The notes beneath the pieces were generated by a model. It saw nothing but the letters and a program-made list of their open reading frames with translations. It made no database searches and was not told the DNA's origin. From NCBI GenBank assembly GCA_963743915.1, contig CAVURN010000002.1:96001-160000 (forward strand): DNA of 64,000 nt, read 5' to 3'. Shown piece by piece: positions 34,500 to 44,762 of the stretch. The stretch is from an uncultured Actinomycetota bacterium. GTDB taxonomy: Bacteria > Actinomycetota > Actinomycetes > JAHEKZ01. Within the stretch, counting starts at the first letter, position 1; each line of letters starts with the position of its first letter. Both the position numbers and the translations under genes were made by a program.

Positions 34500-35804
34500 T
34501 CAGCCGACCCGGCTCCGCCGGCCCAAGATCCCTTGAGGCCGGAAAAGGAGCACGAGGATGAGCACGAGCAACGCTCCGACGTTCTTCAGCTCCGGCGTCA
34601 TGCCGGGAATCAGGGTCGACAGGTTGATGAACAGTCCCACCACCAGGCTGCCGACGAGGGCGCCGAAAGCGGTTCCGAGGCCGCCGAGGGTCACCGCTGC
34701 GAAGATGAGCAGCAGGCTCTGCGCGCCCAGGAGCGGGAAGACTTGCTGGGTCATGCCTTGAAGGACACCGCCCAACCCGGCGAGGGCGGCGCCGACCACC
34801 CAGACCACCGTGATGACCCGCTCCACGTCGATCCCGCTGGACGCGGCCAGGGCCGGGTTGTCCGACACGGCGCGGGTCGCCTTTCCGATCCGGGTCTTGA
34901 GGAGGGCAAGCCCGGCGAGCGTGAGGACGACCGCCGCGATCACCATGGAGGCGATGTCCTTGGGGGTCAGGCTCACCGGACCGAACTCGAGGCCCGCCTG
35001 GGTCTGGAAGTCGGAGTAGGGACGGCTGGCACCGCCGAACATGATGAGGAAGACGTTCTGCAGGGCCAGGGCGAGACCGATCGACACGATCATCATCGCG
35101 ATGAGCCCGGTCTGGCGTCGGCGGAGCGGGTACCAGAGTCCCCTGTTGTTCACGTAGCCGAAGGCGCCGGAAAGGAGGATACCCAGCAGAGCGGCCGGGA
35201 TGAGATGGATGCCGACGGAGGCGTTGAGCCACCAGGTGACGATGGCGCCGAAGGTGACGATCTCGCCGTGCGCGAAGTTGGTGAGCCCCGTCGTCCCGTA
35301 GATCAGGGAGAGGCCCACCGCTGCCAGCGCGATGATCAGGCCGAACCGTAGGCCCTCGACCGTGAGCTGAGCCGCCTGGTCCCACTTGGTGGTGAGGTTG
35401 CGTTCACGCTCGCCGAGCGTGAAGAGCACCGTGCGCGGGGAGCCGGGGAAGGCCGTGACGTCGATCGGGTTCTTCGTCGGTTCGGCGACGCCGTCGGGCA
35501 ACGTGTCGACGTCGAGCTCGACCTGGTACTGGCCCTCGCCGGGCACCTCGACCATCCACTTGCCGGTGTCGTCGCTGGTGCCGGTGCCCGAGAAGCCCTC
35601 GGCGTCCGTGACCGTGACGTCGACGCCGGGCACGGGCGCACCGCTCAGGTCTCGGAGGAATCCCTGGATGATGCCGACCGGCTCGTCATCGGCGAGTGAG
35701 GCGTCGGTCGCGTACGCAGCTCCGGCGACGAAGGCGGCTCCGGACAGCATCCCGAGCACAGCGACCAGGAGGGCAACGGCACGGGTGACTGACCAGTGGA
35801 CCAC
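34500..35804 (-). CDS. livH: Branched-chain amino acid ABC permease LivH with N-terminal extracytoplasmic beta domain (start uncertain)
   Basis: GLSLIYG..G..NFAHGE, GKATRAV, FRPQG. Confidence 0.9.
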   Translation of the reverse strand: MVHWSVTRAVALLVAVLGMLSGAAFVAGAAYATDASLADDEPVGIIQGFLRDLSGAPVPGVDVTVTDAEGFSGTGTSDDTGKWMVEVPGEGQYQVELDVDTLPDGVAEPTKNPIDVTAFPGSPRTVLFTLGERERNLTTKWDQAAQLTVEGLRFGLIIALAAVGLSLIYGTTGLTNFAHGEIVTFGAIVTWWLNASVGIHLIPAALLGILLSGAFGYVNNRGLWYPLRRRQTGLIAMMIVSIGLALALQNVFLIMFGGASRPYSDFQTQAGLEFGPVSLTPKDIASMVIAAVVLTLAGLALLKTRIGKATRAVSDNPALAASSGIDVERVITVVWVVGAALAGLGGVLQGMTQQVFPLLGAQSLLLIFAAVTLGGLGTAFGALVGSLVVGLFINLSTLIPGMTPELKNVGALLVLILVLLFRPQGILGRRSRVG

Positions 35805-35932
35805 GCTCAATCTCCCTCGTCCGAGTGAGCGACCGCGGGTCGCCGTCACTGACGACGTCCTGCCGGTCGTGCCGGAGCATAGCCGGGCCGGTAGGGAGCG
35901 GCCATGTGTTCGGGTCACGAATCGGGAAAGGT

Positions 35933-36673
35933 TCACATGGTGAGCAGGGCGGTGGCGACAGGTGCGATGACCAGGGCCGGAAGCAGGTCGCCGACCGGCA
36001 CCGCACGGAGGCGGAGCAGTCTGAGGCCGACCCCCAGCAGCAGCACGCCCCCGGTGGCGGTCATGGCTGCGGTGGCGGCGTCGCTCATCACTTCGCCCGC
36101 AAGCACGCCGAGCATGGTGAGACCACCTTGCACGACCAGGACGGTGAGGGCGGACGCCGTGACGCCCCAGCCCAGGGACGCGGCGAAGGCAAGGGCGGCG
36201 AAGCCGTCGAGCACCGCCTTGAGCGTGAGCAGCTCGATCCCGTCACCCATTCCGTCCTGGAGCGAGCCCAGGACGGTCAGCGGCCCGACGCAGAAGACCA
36301 GTGACGCGGTGACGTAGCCCTCGACGAAGCGACGCCGCGCCTCGCCGCCCGTCTCGCCACGCGTGAGCCGACGCTGCAGGACCGCACCCAGACCCTCCAG
36401 GCGCGCCTCGAGACGCAGCAGAGCGCCGATGACGCCACCGGCCACGACCGAGCCGAGCACGACGAGCAACGGAGCCCCCCGGCTGAGAGGGGTGGTCAGC
36501 GCCGAGTCGGTGAGAGCGACGACGTTGAGCCCGGCGATGACCAGCGTCACGAGCCCGAGCCCGTCGGTGACCACGTCCCGCACGCGTGGAGGCAGTCGGT
36601 CACCGACCAGAGCGCCTACCGAACCGCCGATCAGGACCGTCAGGACGTTCAGCAGAGTGCCGAGACCGGGCAC
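35933..36673 (-). CDS. DUF554 family membrane protein
   Basis: GTLLN, SLVFCVGPLTVLGS, KAVLDG. Confidence 0.85.
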   Translation of the reverse strand: MPGLGTLLNVLTVLIGGSVGALVGDRLPPRVRDVVTDGLGLVTLVIAGLNVVALTDSALTTPLSRGAPLLVVLGSVVAGGVIGALLRLEARLEGLGAVLQRRLTRGETGGEARRRFVEGYVTASLVFCVGPLTVLGSLQDGMGDGIELLTLKAVLDGFAALAFAASLGWGVTASALTVLVVQGGLTMLGVLAGEVMSDAATAAMTATGGVLLLGVGLRLLRLRAVPVGDLLPALVIAPVATALLTM

Positions 36674-36775
36674 CTGACCTCCCTGGGTGACCTCGAGGAG
36701 TGGGAACGTGCGCAGGTACGCTTCCCTAGGCCACGGGGGAGCGTAGCCGCCTGTCCGAGAGGAGCACCGGTACCC

Positions 36776-37318
36776 GTGGTGACGGTCCAGACCCGTGAGG
36801 CGTCCGACGCCGACGTCGCGGCCATCGTCGACCTCTGGGACGAGCTGCGCGTCCAGGCGGGACGCGTCGGCCCCTTCGGCCCTCCCGCGTCCGCAGTCGC
36901 CATCCGCGACCGTCTGCGCAGCCTGCAGGCAGACCCCGCCCATCGGGTCATCGTGGCCGATGTCGAAGGCGAGGTGGTCGGCCTGGCGGTCCTCAGCCGG
37001 CTCCCGGTGACTCCGATCAGCGACGTCGAATCGGTGCAGATCTCGTTCATGCACGTCCGCGACGACCGGCGGCGGCGGGGCGTGGGGCGCGCCATCGTGA
37101 GCGCCTCCGCGAAGTTCGCGGGAGAGGTCGGTGCGGACTACGTCACCGTGGGCGTCTTCCCCGGCGCACGCGAGAGCAACCGCTTCTTCGCCCGACTCGG
37201 CTTCAGTCCCCTGGTGATGCGGCGCGCCATCGCGACATCGGCGTTGCAGAAGCGCCTCTCCGGCGAGCTCGGGCGCACGGATCGACGTCGGCGGCTGCAG
37301 CCCCGACGCGTGCTCTGA
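36776..37318 (+). CDS. GNAT family N-acetyltransferase
   Basis: V...RRRRGVGRA motif A, FFARLGF. Confidence 0.8.
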   Translation: MVTVQTREASDADVAAIVDLWDELRVQAGRVGPFGPPASAVAIRDRLRSLQADPAHRVIVADVEGEVVGLAVLSRLPVTPISDVESVQISFMHVRDDRRRRGVGRAIVSASAKFAGEVGADYVTVGVFPGARESNRFFARLGFSPLVMRRAIATSALQKRLSGELGRTDRRRRLQPRRVL

Positions 37319-37332
37319 CCGGTCGCGGAGGC

Positions 37333-37734
37333 TCAGGCCTGGTCAGTGATGAGGCACGTCACCCGAGCTGTGCACGTCAAGCGGCCGCTCTCGTCGCGCA
37401 GCTCGACCTGCCAAGTCGCCACTCGGCGGCCGAGGTGCTGCGGGGTGGCCCGTCCGGTCACCGTTCCGGACGTCACGGCACGGTGATGCGTCGCGTTGAC
37501 CTCGATCCCCACCACGCCGTGCCCGCCTTCGGAATGCAGTTTTGCGGCGTGAAGTGCTGAGCCGATCGAGGCCAGGCTCTCGGCGAGCACCACGGAGGCG
37601 CCACCGTGCAGGGCTCCGAACGGCTGCTCGTTGCCCGCCACTGGCAGGCTGCCGACGACCGACTCACTGCTTGCTTCGCTCACGGTGATTCCGAGTCGCT
37701 CATGGATGGGGACGCGGGGGAGATCTGCTGTCAC
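37333..37734 (-). CDS. Hotdog-fold (PaaI-like) thioesterase
   Basis: QPFGALHGG, AES, NATH. Confidence 0.9.
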   Translation of the reverse strand: MTADLPRVPIHERLGITVSEASSESVVGSLPVAGNEQPFGALHGGASVVLAESLASIGSALHAAKLHSEGGHGVVGIEVNATHHRAVTSGTVTGRATPQHLGRRVATWQVELRDESGRLTCTARVTCLITDQA

Positions 37735-37750
37735 AGGAGCACCCTACGAT
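37729..37750 (+). promoter_or_regulatory. PafBC/RecA-NDp-like promoter, leaderless polA
   Basis: TGTCAC-N10-TACGAT, ATG 6 nt later. Confidence 0.6.
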
Positions 37751-37756
37751 CGCCTC

Positions 37757-40423
37757 ATGGCCCCCGCCCCGACGCTCCTGCTGCTCGACGGCCATTCCCT
37801 GGCGTACCGCGCCTTCTACGCGCTCCCGGTCGAGAACTTCTCCACCGCGACCGGGCAGCCGACGAACGCGGTCTACGGCTTCACGTCGATGCTCATCAAC
37901 GCGCTGCGCGACGAGCAGCCGTCGCACCTCGCCGTCGCGTTCGACGTGTCGCGGCAGACCTTCCGCACCACCGAGTACCCCGAGTACAAGGCGAACCGCA
38001 CCTCCACCCCCGATGAGTTCAAGGGCCAGGTCAGTCTCATCAAGGAGGTGCTCGCCGCACTGCAGATCCCGGTCCTGGAGGTCGACGGCTACGAGGCCGA
38101 CGACGTCATTGCCACCCTCACCACGGAGGCCGCAGACGAAGGCTTCGACGTCGCCATCATCACCGGTGACCGGGACACGTTTCAGCTCGTCGACGACCAC
38201 GTCACCGTGCTCTACCCCCGCAAGGGAGTCTCCGACCTCGCGCGCATGACGCCGGCAGCCGTCGAGGAGAAGTACGGGTTGACGCCACGCCAGTACCCGG
38301 ATTTCGCTGCACTCCGCGGTGACCCGAGCGACAACCTTCCGGGCATCCCTGGCGTGGGGGAGAAGACAGCGAGCAAATGGATCCGCGAGTTCGGCTCCTT
38401 CGACGCGCTGGTGGATAGGGCGGACGAGGTCAAAGGCAAGGTCGGTGAGTCGCTGCGCACCCACCTCGCGCAGGTCATCACCAACCGCCGGCTCACCGAG
38501 CTGGTGCGCGACGTGCCGCTCGACCTCACCCCGGACGCTCTGGAGCGCAAGGACTGGGACCGCGAACTGGTGCACCAGGTCTTCGACGCGCTCGAGTTCC
38601 GCGTCCTCCGGGATCGTCTGGCCCAGACGTTGCAGAACGTCGACGAACCGGTGGACGAGGCGCCCGCGCTCGAGGTCGACCTCCTCACAGCGGCGTCGCT
38701 GGGCGAGTGGCTCACCGCGCACGGACAAGGCCGCGTCGGCCTCACGGTGCACGGACGTTGGGGGGCAGGAGCCGGAGCTGTCGACTCTCTGGGGCTTGCG
38801 GCGTCCGACGGCGCGGTCGGTTCCCTGTCGGTCGACGATCTCGATGACGCCTCATTGCGGACCCTGGCTGACTGGCTGTCAGACCCGGGTCGCCGCACCG
38901 TGATGCACGACGCCAACGGCCCGATGCTCGCCCTGGCGTCACAGGGTCTGCCGATCGCCGTCCCGGCCTTCGACACGGCGCTGGCCGCCTACCTGATCCG
39001 GCCCGACCAACGCAGCTACGACCTGGCCGACCTCGCGGTCCGCTGGCTGCACCGTGAGCTCGTCCCGGCCGAGGGCGATGGGCAGCTCAGCCTCGACACC
39101 GGTGCGGGGGAGTCCGCTGCCCACGTCATCGGCGCCGAGGCGCGCGCCACGCTCGACCTCGCAGCTGCGATGGAGCCGGCCGTGGCGGAGATCGGCGCTG
39201 AGCGACTGCTCCACGACGTGGAGCTGCCCCTCACCGGGCTCCTCGTCGGAATGGAACGCGTCGGAATCGGTGTCGACACCGACGCGCTGGATGCACTGCG
39301 CGCCGAGTTCGCCGCCGAGGTGAAGCGAGCGGCCGAGGCCGCCTACGGCGTCATCGGGCACGAGGTGAACCTGGGGTCGCCGAAACAGCTGCAGGTGGTG
39401 CTGTTCGACGAGCTCGGAATGCCCAAGACGAAACGCACCAAGACGGGCTACACCACCGATGCGGAGGCGTTGACGGCTCTCTTCGCCCAGACCGAGCACC
39501 CGTTCCTGGCGCACCTGCTCCGGCACCGCGATGTGTCCAAGCTGCTCGTGACCGTCGAGGGGCTGCAGCGGTCGCTCGCCGCGGACGGCCGTATCCACAC
39601 CATGTTCATGCAGACAGTGGCGGCCACCGGACGACTCTCCTCGACCGACCCGAACCTGCAGAACATCCCGGTCCGTACCGAGGAGGGCCGGCGGATCCGC
39701 GACACGTTCTGCGTCGGCGAGGGCTACGAGGTCCTGATGACCGCCGACTACAGCCAGGTGGAGATGCGGATCATGGCGCATCTGTCCGAGGACGCAGGCC
39801 TGATCGAGGCGTTCAACTCCGGTGAAGACCTTCACACCACGATGGCGTCCCGCGTCTTCGAGGTGGCGCCTGACGAAGTCACGCCTGAGATGCGCAGTCG
39901 GATCAAGGCAATGTCGTACGGGTTGGCGTACGGGCTCTCCGCCTACGGGCTCAGCCAGCAGCTCGGCGTCGGCCCGGACGAGGCGCGCGCGTTGATGGAC
40001 GACTACTTCGCGCGCTTCGGCGGGGTCCGCGACTACCTCGCCTCCGTCGTCGACGACGCTCGTCGCACGGGGTACACCGAGACGTTGCTCGGTCGTCGTC
40101 GCTACCTGCCAGATCTGACGAGCGACAACCGCCAGCGCCGTGAGATGGCGGAGCGGATGGCGTTGAACGCTCCCATCCAGGGATCGGCCGCCGACGTGGT
40201 GAAGGTCGCCATGCTCGGCGTGGACCGACGCCTCCGCGAGGCAGGTCTGAGCTCGCGGCTGCTGCTGCAGGTGCACGACGAGCTGGTGCTCGAGATCGCA
40301 CCCGGCGAGCGCGAGCCGGTCGAGCAGCTCGTGTGCGCCGAAATGATGGGTGCCTATCCGCTGTCGGTCTCCCTCGACGTCTCGGTCGGAGTCGGCCGCA
40401 CCTGGCACGAGGCCGCTCACTAG
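37757..40423 (+). CDS. polA: DNA polymerase I
   Basis: LDGHSLAYRAF, EADD, GDPSDNLPG, TGRLSS, DYSQVE, QVHDE. Confidence 0.98.
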   Translation: MAPAPTLLLLDGHSLAYRAFYALPVENFSTATGQPTNAVYGFTSMLINALRDEQPSHLAVAFDVSRQTFRTTEYPEYKANRTSTPDEFKGQVSLIKEVLAALQIPVLEVDGYEADDVIATLTTEAADEGFDVAIITGDRDTFQLVDDHVTVLYPRKGVSDLARMTPAAVEEKYGLTPRQYPDFAALRGDPSDNLPGIPGVGEKTASKWIREFGSFDALVDRADEVKGKVGESLRTHLAQVITNRRLTELVRDVPLDLTPDALERKDWDRELVHQVFDALEFRVLRDRLAQTLQNVDEPVDEAPALEVDLLTAASLGEWLTAHGQGRVGLTVHGRWGAGAGAVDSLGLAASDGAVGSLSVDDLDDASLRTLADWLSDPGRRTVMHDANGPMLALASQGLPIAVPAFDTALAAYLIRPDQRSYDLADLAVRWLHRELVPAEGDGQLSLDTGAGESAAHVIGAEARATLDLAAAMEPAVAEIGAERLLHDVELPLTGLLVGMERVGIGVDTDALDALRAEFAAEVKRAAEAAYGVIGHEVNLGSPKQLQVVLFDELGMPKTKRTKTGYTTDAEALTALFAQTEHPFLAHLLRHRDVSKLLVTVEGLQRSLAADGRIHTMFMQTVAATGRLSSTDPNLQNIPVRTEEGRRIRDTFCVGEGYEVLMTADYSQVEMRIMAHLSEDAGLIEAFNSGEDLHTTMASRVFEVAPDEVTPEMRSRIKAMSYGLAYGLSAYGLSQQLGVGPDEARALMDDYFARFGGVRDYLASVVDDARRTGYTETLLGRRRYLPDLTSDNRQRREMAERMALNAPIQGSAADVVKVAMLGVDRRLREAGLSSRLLLQVHDELVLEIAPGEREPVEQLVCAEMMGAYPLSVSLDVSVGVGRTWHEAAH

Positions 40424-40703
40424 CGCCGGGTGCCGCTCGCGAAGCCACCGACGGTCAGAAGCGGATCACCGACAACGTCTTGTCGAAGCCGTCCAGCAGT
40501 GCGAGCAGCCCGGTCCTCCTGTGCGGGGACCGGCTCAGCGCAGCCAGGTCTGCTTGTGCCGAATGCGTCGGAGGCGAGGGGCGCCACCTCCGCGAACGGG
40601 AGCACGAAGCGGCTCGGCGTGTGGCCGATACGGAATCGAGGGGTGCGACGCGAGGTGGTGACCCTGCGACCGCGTAGGAGTGGCGGGCGATGCCCGTGCG
40701 GCG

Positions 40704-42005
40704 CTACGGGCCTGGACCGGCCCTTGCTGCTGGGACCGTGCTGGTGAGGGTCTGTCCCCCTGGGCCGTGGAAGGTGAGGGTGCCGTTGGCGCCACGAGCC
40801 GGGTGAGCGGCATCGATGGTCCAGCCGCCTTCGTGGACCTGCCGGTGGTGGTGGCGGCAGAGAAGCAGTCCGTTGGCCAGGTCGGACGCGCCGCCTCTCG
40901 CCCAGGGCACCAGGTGGTGGGCATCGGTGTGGGCTGGCGGTCGGCCACACCCGGGGAACCGGCAACGGGTGTCGCGGGCGGCAAGGGCTCGGCGTTGGGT
41001 GGGCGTGAACACGCGCACGGCGCGTCCGAGATCGAGCGGGATGCCGGCCGGGTCGAGCAGCAGTCGGCGGACGGTGGCGTCGCACGCGAGGCGGGTGGTG
41101 GCCTCGGGGGTGAGCCAGACCGGCGTGGGGGAGGTGCCTGAGATTCGGGCCGGCGCGGTCCCCTCCCCGGTCAGGGTGGGCAGGTCGACGGTGACCTGGA
41201 GTGCGGCCGCGGTGCCGGAGAGGAGGGGGAGGTCTTCGGAGCGGACGGCGACGGCGACGATGTCGGCGAGGCCGTCGGCGCGCCGCTGGTCGGTCGTGCG
41301 GGTGTCGTCCGGCCCGGCAGGCACCAGGTGAGGGGCAAGGGCCGTGGTCAGCCGGGCCGCGGTCTCGGAGTCCAGGACGCCGGTGATCGAGGCCATGCCG
41401 TCGAGCATCGGCGCGAGGCTGAGCCACCGGCGCCCGTAGTCCTCTTCGGCGTGCCGGGCTGATCCGTCGGGATCGACGACATGCCGCAGGTGGCGCCCGG
41501 CCGCCCGCAGGTCGTCGACGCCGAGCTGGGTGGACAGTCGGGTCAGGTGGGTGGCGGCGTCGTCGCGTACTGAGGGGGGCAGCGCCCGCACCGTTCGGTG
41601 CACGGTCCGCACGTGGTCGTAGGACGCAGGGTGAGCCGGGTCGGCCAGGGCCGTCAGGGCGGTGGCGAGCTCGGCGCGTCCGGCGCGGGCGATGCGGACC
41701 CGCTCGGACGCCTCGCCGCCGGCCAGGCCGAGCGCCCCGCGCAACCACGAGGCAGTGCCGGCGGCTCCATGCAGGGTCTGTCCGTCACCGTGGGTGTCGA
41801 AATCGGACAGCACGGTGGTGAAGGTGGCCTCCGCGACGTCAATGATCTGTCGTAGGCCGGCCAGCCAGGCCGCCCGCTCCTCAGGGGTTGTGGGTCCGCC
41901 TTCCGCCGTCGCCGAGGCGCGTTCCGCCAGGCTCCGGACGTCTGCCAGCGCGGCAGCGACCGCCGATGGCAGGACGGGAGTGGGCAGCAAGGCGGGACCT
42001 TCCAC
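40704..42005 (-). CDS. DUF222 + HNH endonuclease protein (Rv1128c/13E12-like)
   Basis: RRADGL, RLACDA, RALAARD..CRFPGC, AHH..W..GG, N..LLC..HH..VH. Confidence 0.9.
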   Translation of the reverse strand: MEGPALLPTPVLPSAVAAALADVRSLAERASATAEGGPTTPEERAAWLAGLRQIIDVAEATFTTVLSDFDTHGDGQTLHGAAGTASWLRGALGLAGGEASERVRIARAGRAELATALTALADPAHPASYDHVRTVHRTVRALPPSVRDDAATHLTRLSTQLGVDDLRAAGRHLRHVVDPDGSARHAEEDYGRRWLSLAPMLDGMASITGVLDSETAARLTTALAPHLVPAGPDDTRTTDQRRADGLADIVAVAVRSEDLPLLSGTAAALQVTVDLPTLTGEGTAPARISGTSPTPVWLTPEATTRLACDATVRRLLLDPAGIPLDLGRAVRVFTPTQRRALAARDTRCRFPGCGRPPAHTDAHHLVPWARGGASDLANGLLLCRHHHRQVHEGGWTIDAAHPARGANGTLTFHGPGGQTLTSTVPAARAGPGP

Positions 42006-42107
42006 GACGACGGGATGTACTGCCCTGACCGGGGGACCGGTGCCGGGGTCGCGTCGTGGATGCTGCTCGGGTGTCTCCGTGAGTCAGTTCCGGCCTGTGC
42101 TCCGCGT

Positions 42108-42123
42108 TCGAACACATGTTCGA
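42108..42123. promoter_or_regulatory. LexA (SOS) box
   Basis: Perfect TCGAAC-ACAT-GTTCGA upstream of the DUF222-HNH gene. Confidence 0.88.
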
Positions 42124-42209
42124 GTGTACGGTCTGCGAACTTCACGGTCAACCCCTGTGCGGAAGGAATCTGCATCCCGCGGGCAGCCGCCAGTGGCGGC
42201 CGAATCCGA

Positions 42210-43028
42210 TCAGCCACTCGCCAGGATGACGAGCGTGCCGGGGATCACCGCCCCGCGGAGCGGGCTCCAACCGCCCCACACCTGGTCGTTGCCCGGCTTC
42301 CACGGCGGCTCGACGAGCCGCTCCAGCGTCAGGCCGGCGCCCACGACGAGGTCGACCCAGTCGCCGACCGTGCGGTGGTGCTCGACGTAGGTGACGCGAC
42401 CCGCCTCGTCCGTCTCTGCGTAGGGAGTCCGGTCGAAGTACGAGCGGACGGCGGTGAGGCCGCCCTCGCCGGGGTCGTCGCGGAAGGCCCAGCGGACGGG
42501 GTGTGTCACCGAGAGGGCGACCCGGCCTCCGGGGGCGACCACCCGGGCGACCTCGGCCAGCACGCGGTCTGCGTCGGCGACGAACGGAAGTGCGCCGTAC
42601 GAGCTGGCCACCACGTCGAACGACGCGTCGCGAAAGGGGAGGGCGCCTGCGTGCGCCAGGACGGTAGGGGTCCGCCAGCCCTGGGCGTCGTCGAGCCGTC
42701 GGCTGTGCTGCAGCATGCGGAAGGACAGGTCGAGTCCGACGACGCGGGCTCCCTGGGTGGCCAGCCAACGGGCGCCGGACGCCGCACCGCAGCCCAACTC
42801 GAGCACCCGTCGTCCGGCCACGGGTCCGATCAGACCGAGATCAGCCTCGTCCCACCCTTCGGGGCCCCAGAGCCAGCGTGCGGCGCCGAGCAGCTCCCCG
42901 TGCTCGGCGAGGTAGTCGTCGGCCTCCGCGTCCCACCACCGGCGGTGGGCATCGACGCTGGTCAGGGCGTCGACCCGGTGCCGACCGGGACCTCCGGTGC
43001 CCGGATCACCCTCAATTGACCCTGTCAC
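42210..43028 (-). CDS. Class I SAM-dependent methyltransferase (start uncertain)
   Basis: WWDAEADDY, VLELGCGAA, LPFRDASFD; usual rpsA neighbour. Confidence 0.88.
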   Translation of the reverse strand: MTGSIEGDPGTGGPGRHRVDALTSVDAHRRWWDAEADDYLAEHGELLGAARWLWGPEGWDEADLGLIGPVAGRRVLELGCGAASGARWLATQGARVVGLDLSFRMLQHSRRLDDAQGWRTPTVLAHAGALPFRDASFDVVASSYGALPFVADADRVLAEVARVVAPGGRVALSVTHPVRWAFRDDPGEGGLTAVRSYFDRTPYAETDEAGRVTYVEHHRTVGDWVDLVVGAGLTLERLVEPPWKPGNDQVWGGWSPLRGAVIPGTLVILASG

Positions 43029-43045
43029 GGCGGCCACCGTAGACT
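43016..43045 (+). promoter_or_regulatory. SigA-type promoter for rpsA
   Basis: TTGACC-N18-TAGACT. Confidence 0.7.
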
Positions 43046-43198
43046 GCCCGTTGCGCTGTGGGCCGGCGCGTCCTCGGACGGAGCAGGCTCGCGCTCGCAC
43101 TTTGTCGGTTTCCACCTGTTGCCAGGAGGTCTCGGCACGCGAAAGACGGCCCTCCGCGCGCACGTCCTCGACACCTGTCCGCTCGGAGCCCCGACTAC

Positions 43199-44752
43199 AT
43201 GTCCAACACTGCCATGACCAGCAGCACCGAAGTAGCCCCCAGCCTCACCACCCCCTCGACCTCCGGGGACGAGATCCCCGCAAGCACCACGGGCGGCACC
43301 GTGCAGGTGGCGGTCAACGACATCGGGTCCGAAGAGGCCTTTCTCGCGGCGATCGACGAAACGATCAAGTACTTCAACGACGGAGACATCGTCGAGGGCA
43401 CCATCGTCAAGGTCGACCGCGACGAGGTCCTGCTCGACATCGGCTACAAGACCGAGGGTGTCATCCCCTCGCGTGAGCTCTCGATCAAGCACGACGTCGA
43501 CCCGTCCCAGGTCGTCTCCGTCGGCGACGAGGTCGAGGCGCTCGTCCTCCAGAAGGAGGACAAGGACGGCCGCTTGATCCTGTCGAAGAAGCGCGCCCAG
43601 TACGAGCGCGCCTGGGGCACGATCGAGGAGATCAAGGAGGCCGACGGCGTCGTCAAGGGGTCGGTCATCGAGGTCGTCAAGGGCGGCTTGATCCTCGACA
43701 TCGGCCTCCGGGGCTTCCTCCCGGCGTCGCTCGTCGAGATGCGTCGGGTCCGCGACCTGCAGCCGTACGTCGGCCAGGAGATCGAGGCCAAGATCATCGA
43801 GCTCGACAAGAACCGCAACAACGTGGTGCTGTCGCGTCGGGCATGGCTCGAGCAGACGCAGTCGGCCGTTCGCCAGGACTTCCTGACGCAGCTGCAGAAG
43901 GGCCAGGTCCGGAGCGGCGTCGTCTCCTCCATCGTGAACTTCGGCGCGTTCGTCGACCTCGGTGGCGTCGACGGCCTCGTCCACGTCTCCGAGCTCTCCT
44001 GGAAGCACATCGACCACCCGTCCGAGGTCGTCGAGGTCGGTCAGGAGGTCACCGTCGAGGTGCTCGACGTCGACATGGACCGGGAGCGGGTCTCCCTGTC
44101 CCTCAAGTCGACGCAGGAAGACCCCTGGCAGCAGTTCGCCCGGACCCACCAGATCGGGCAGGTCGTCCCCGGACGCGTCACCAAGCTCGTCCCCTTCGGC
44201 GCCTTCGTCCGCGTGCAGGAGGGCATCGAGGGCCTGGTGCACATCTCCGAGCTCGCGGAGCGTCACGTCGAGATCCCCGAGCAGGTCGTCCAGGTGGGCA
44301 CCGAGATCTTCGTCAAGGTCATCGACATCGACCTGGAACGCCGTCGCATCTCGCTCTCGCTGAAGCAGGCGAACGAGGGCGCGTCCGATGCCGTCGAGTT
44401 CGACCCCACGCTGTACGGCATGGCCGCCACCTACGACGAGGCGGGCAACTACGTCTACCCGGACGGCTTCGACTCCGAGACCGGCGAGTGGAAGCCGGGC
44501 TTCGAGTCGGCGCGCGAGGAGTGGGAGCGCCAGTACGCCGAGGCGCAGGCCCGCTTCGAGGCGCACAAGAAGCAGATGGGCGAGGCGCAGAAGGCGGACC
44601 AGGAAGCCGCACTCGAGGCCGGTAGCACGCCGTCCACGTACTCGTCGGAGTCCGCGGAGGAGACCGTGGACGAGGAGCCGGCCGGTGGGTCACTGGCCAC
44701 CGACGAGGCTCTCGCCGCACTCCGCGAGAAGCTCACCGGCGCGGGCGAGTGA
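43199..44752 (+). CDS. rpsA: 30S ribosomal protein S1
   Basis: Four S1 repeats (DIGYKTEG, GFLPAS, GLVHVSE, GLVHISE), LAALREKL end. Confidence 0.98.
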   Translation: MSNTAMTSSTEVAPSLTTPSTSGDEIPASTTGGTVQVAVNDIGSEEAFLAAIDETIKYFNDGDIVEGTIVKVDRDEVLLDIGYKTEGVIPSRELSIKHDVDPSQVVSVGDEVEALVLQKEDKDGRLILSKKRAQYERAWGTIEEIKEADGVVKGSVIEVVKGGLILDIGLRGFLPASLVEMRRVRDLQPYVGQEIEAKIIELDKNRNNVVLSRRAWLEQTQSAVRQDFLTQLQKGQVRSGVVSSIVNFGAFVDLGGVDGLVHVSELSWKHIDHPSEVVEVGQEVTVEVLDVDMDRERVSLSLKSTQEDPWQQFARTHQIGQVVPGRVTKLVPFGAFVRVQEGIEGLVHISELAERHVEIPEQVVQVGTEIFVKVIDIDLERRRISLSLKQANEGASDAVEFDPTLYGMAATYDEAGNYVYPDGFDSETGEWKPGFESAREEWERQYAEAQARFEAHKKQMGEAQKADQEAALEAGSTPSTYSSESAEETVDEEPAGGSLATDEALAALREKLTGAGE

Positions 44753-44762
44753 GCGCCGGCGC

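Noticed and set aside
40424-40703. Gene remnant on minus strand ending LLDGFDKTLSVIRF*
   Set aside because: Too short and not assignable without a homology search.
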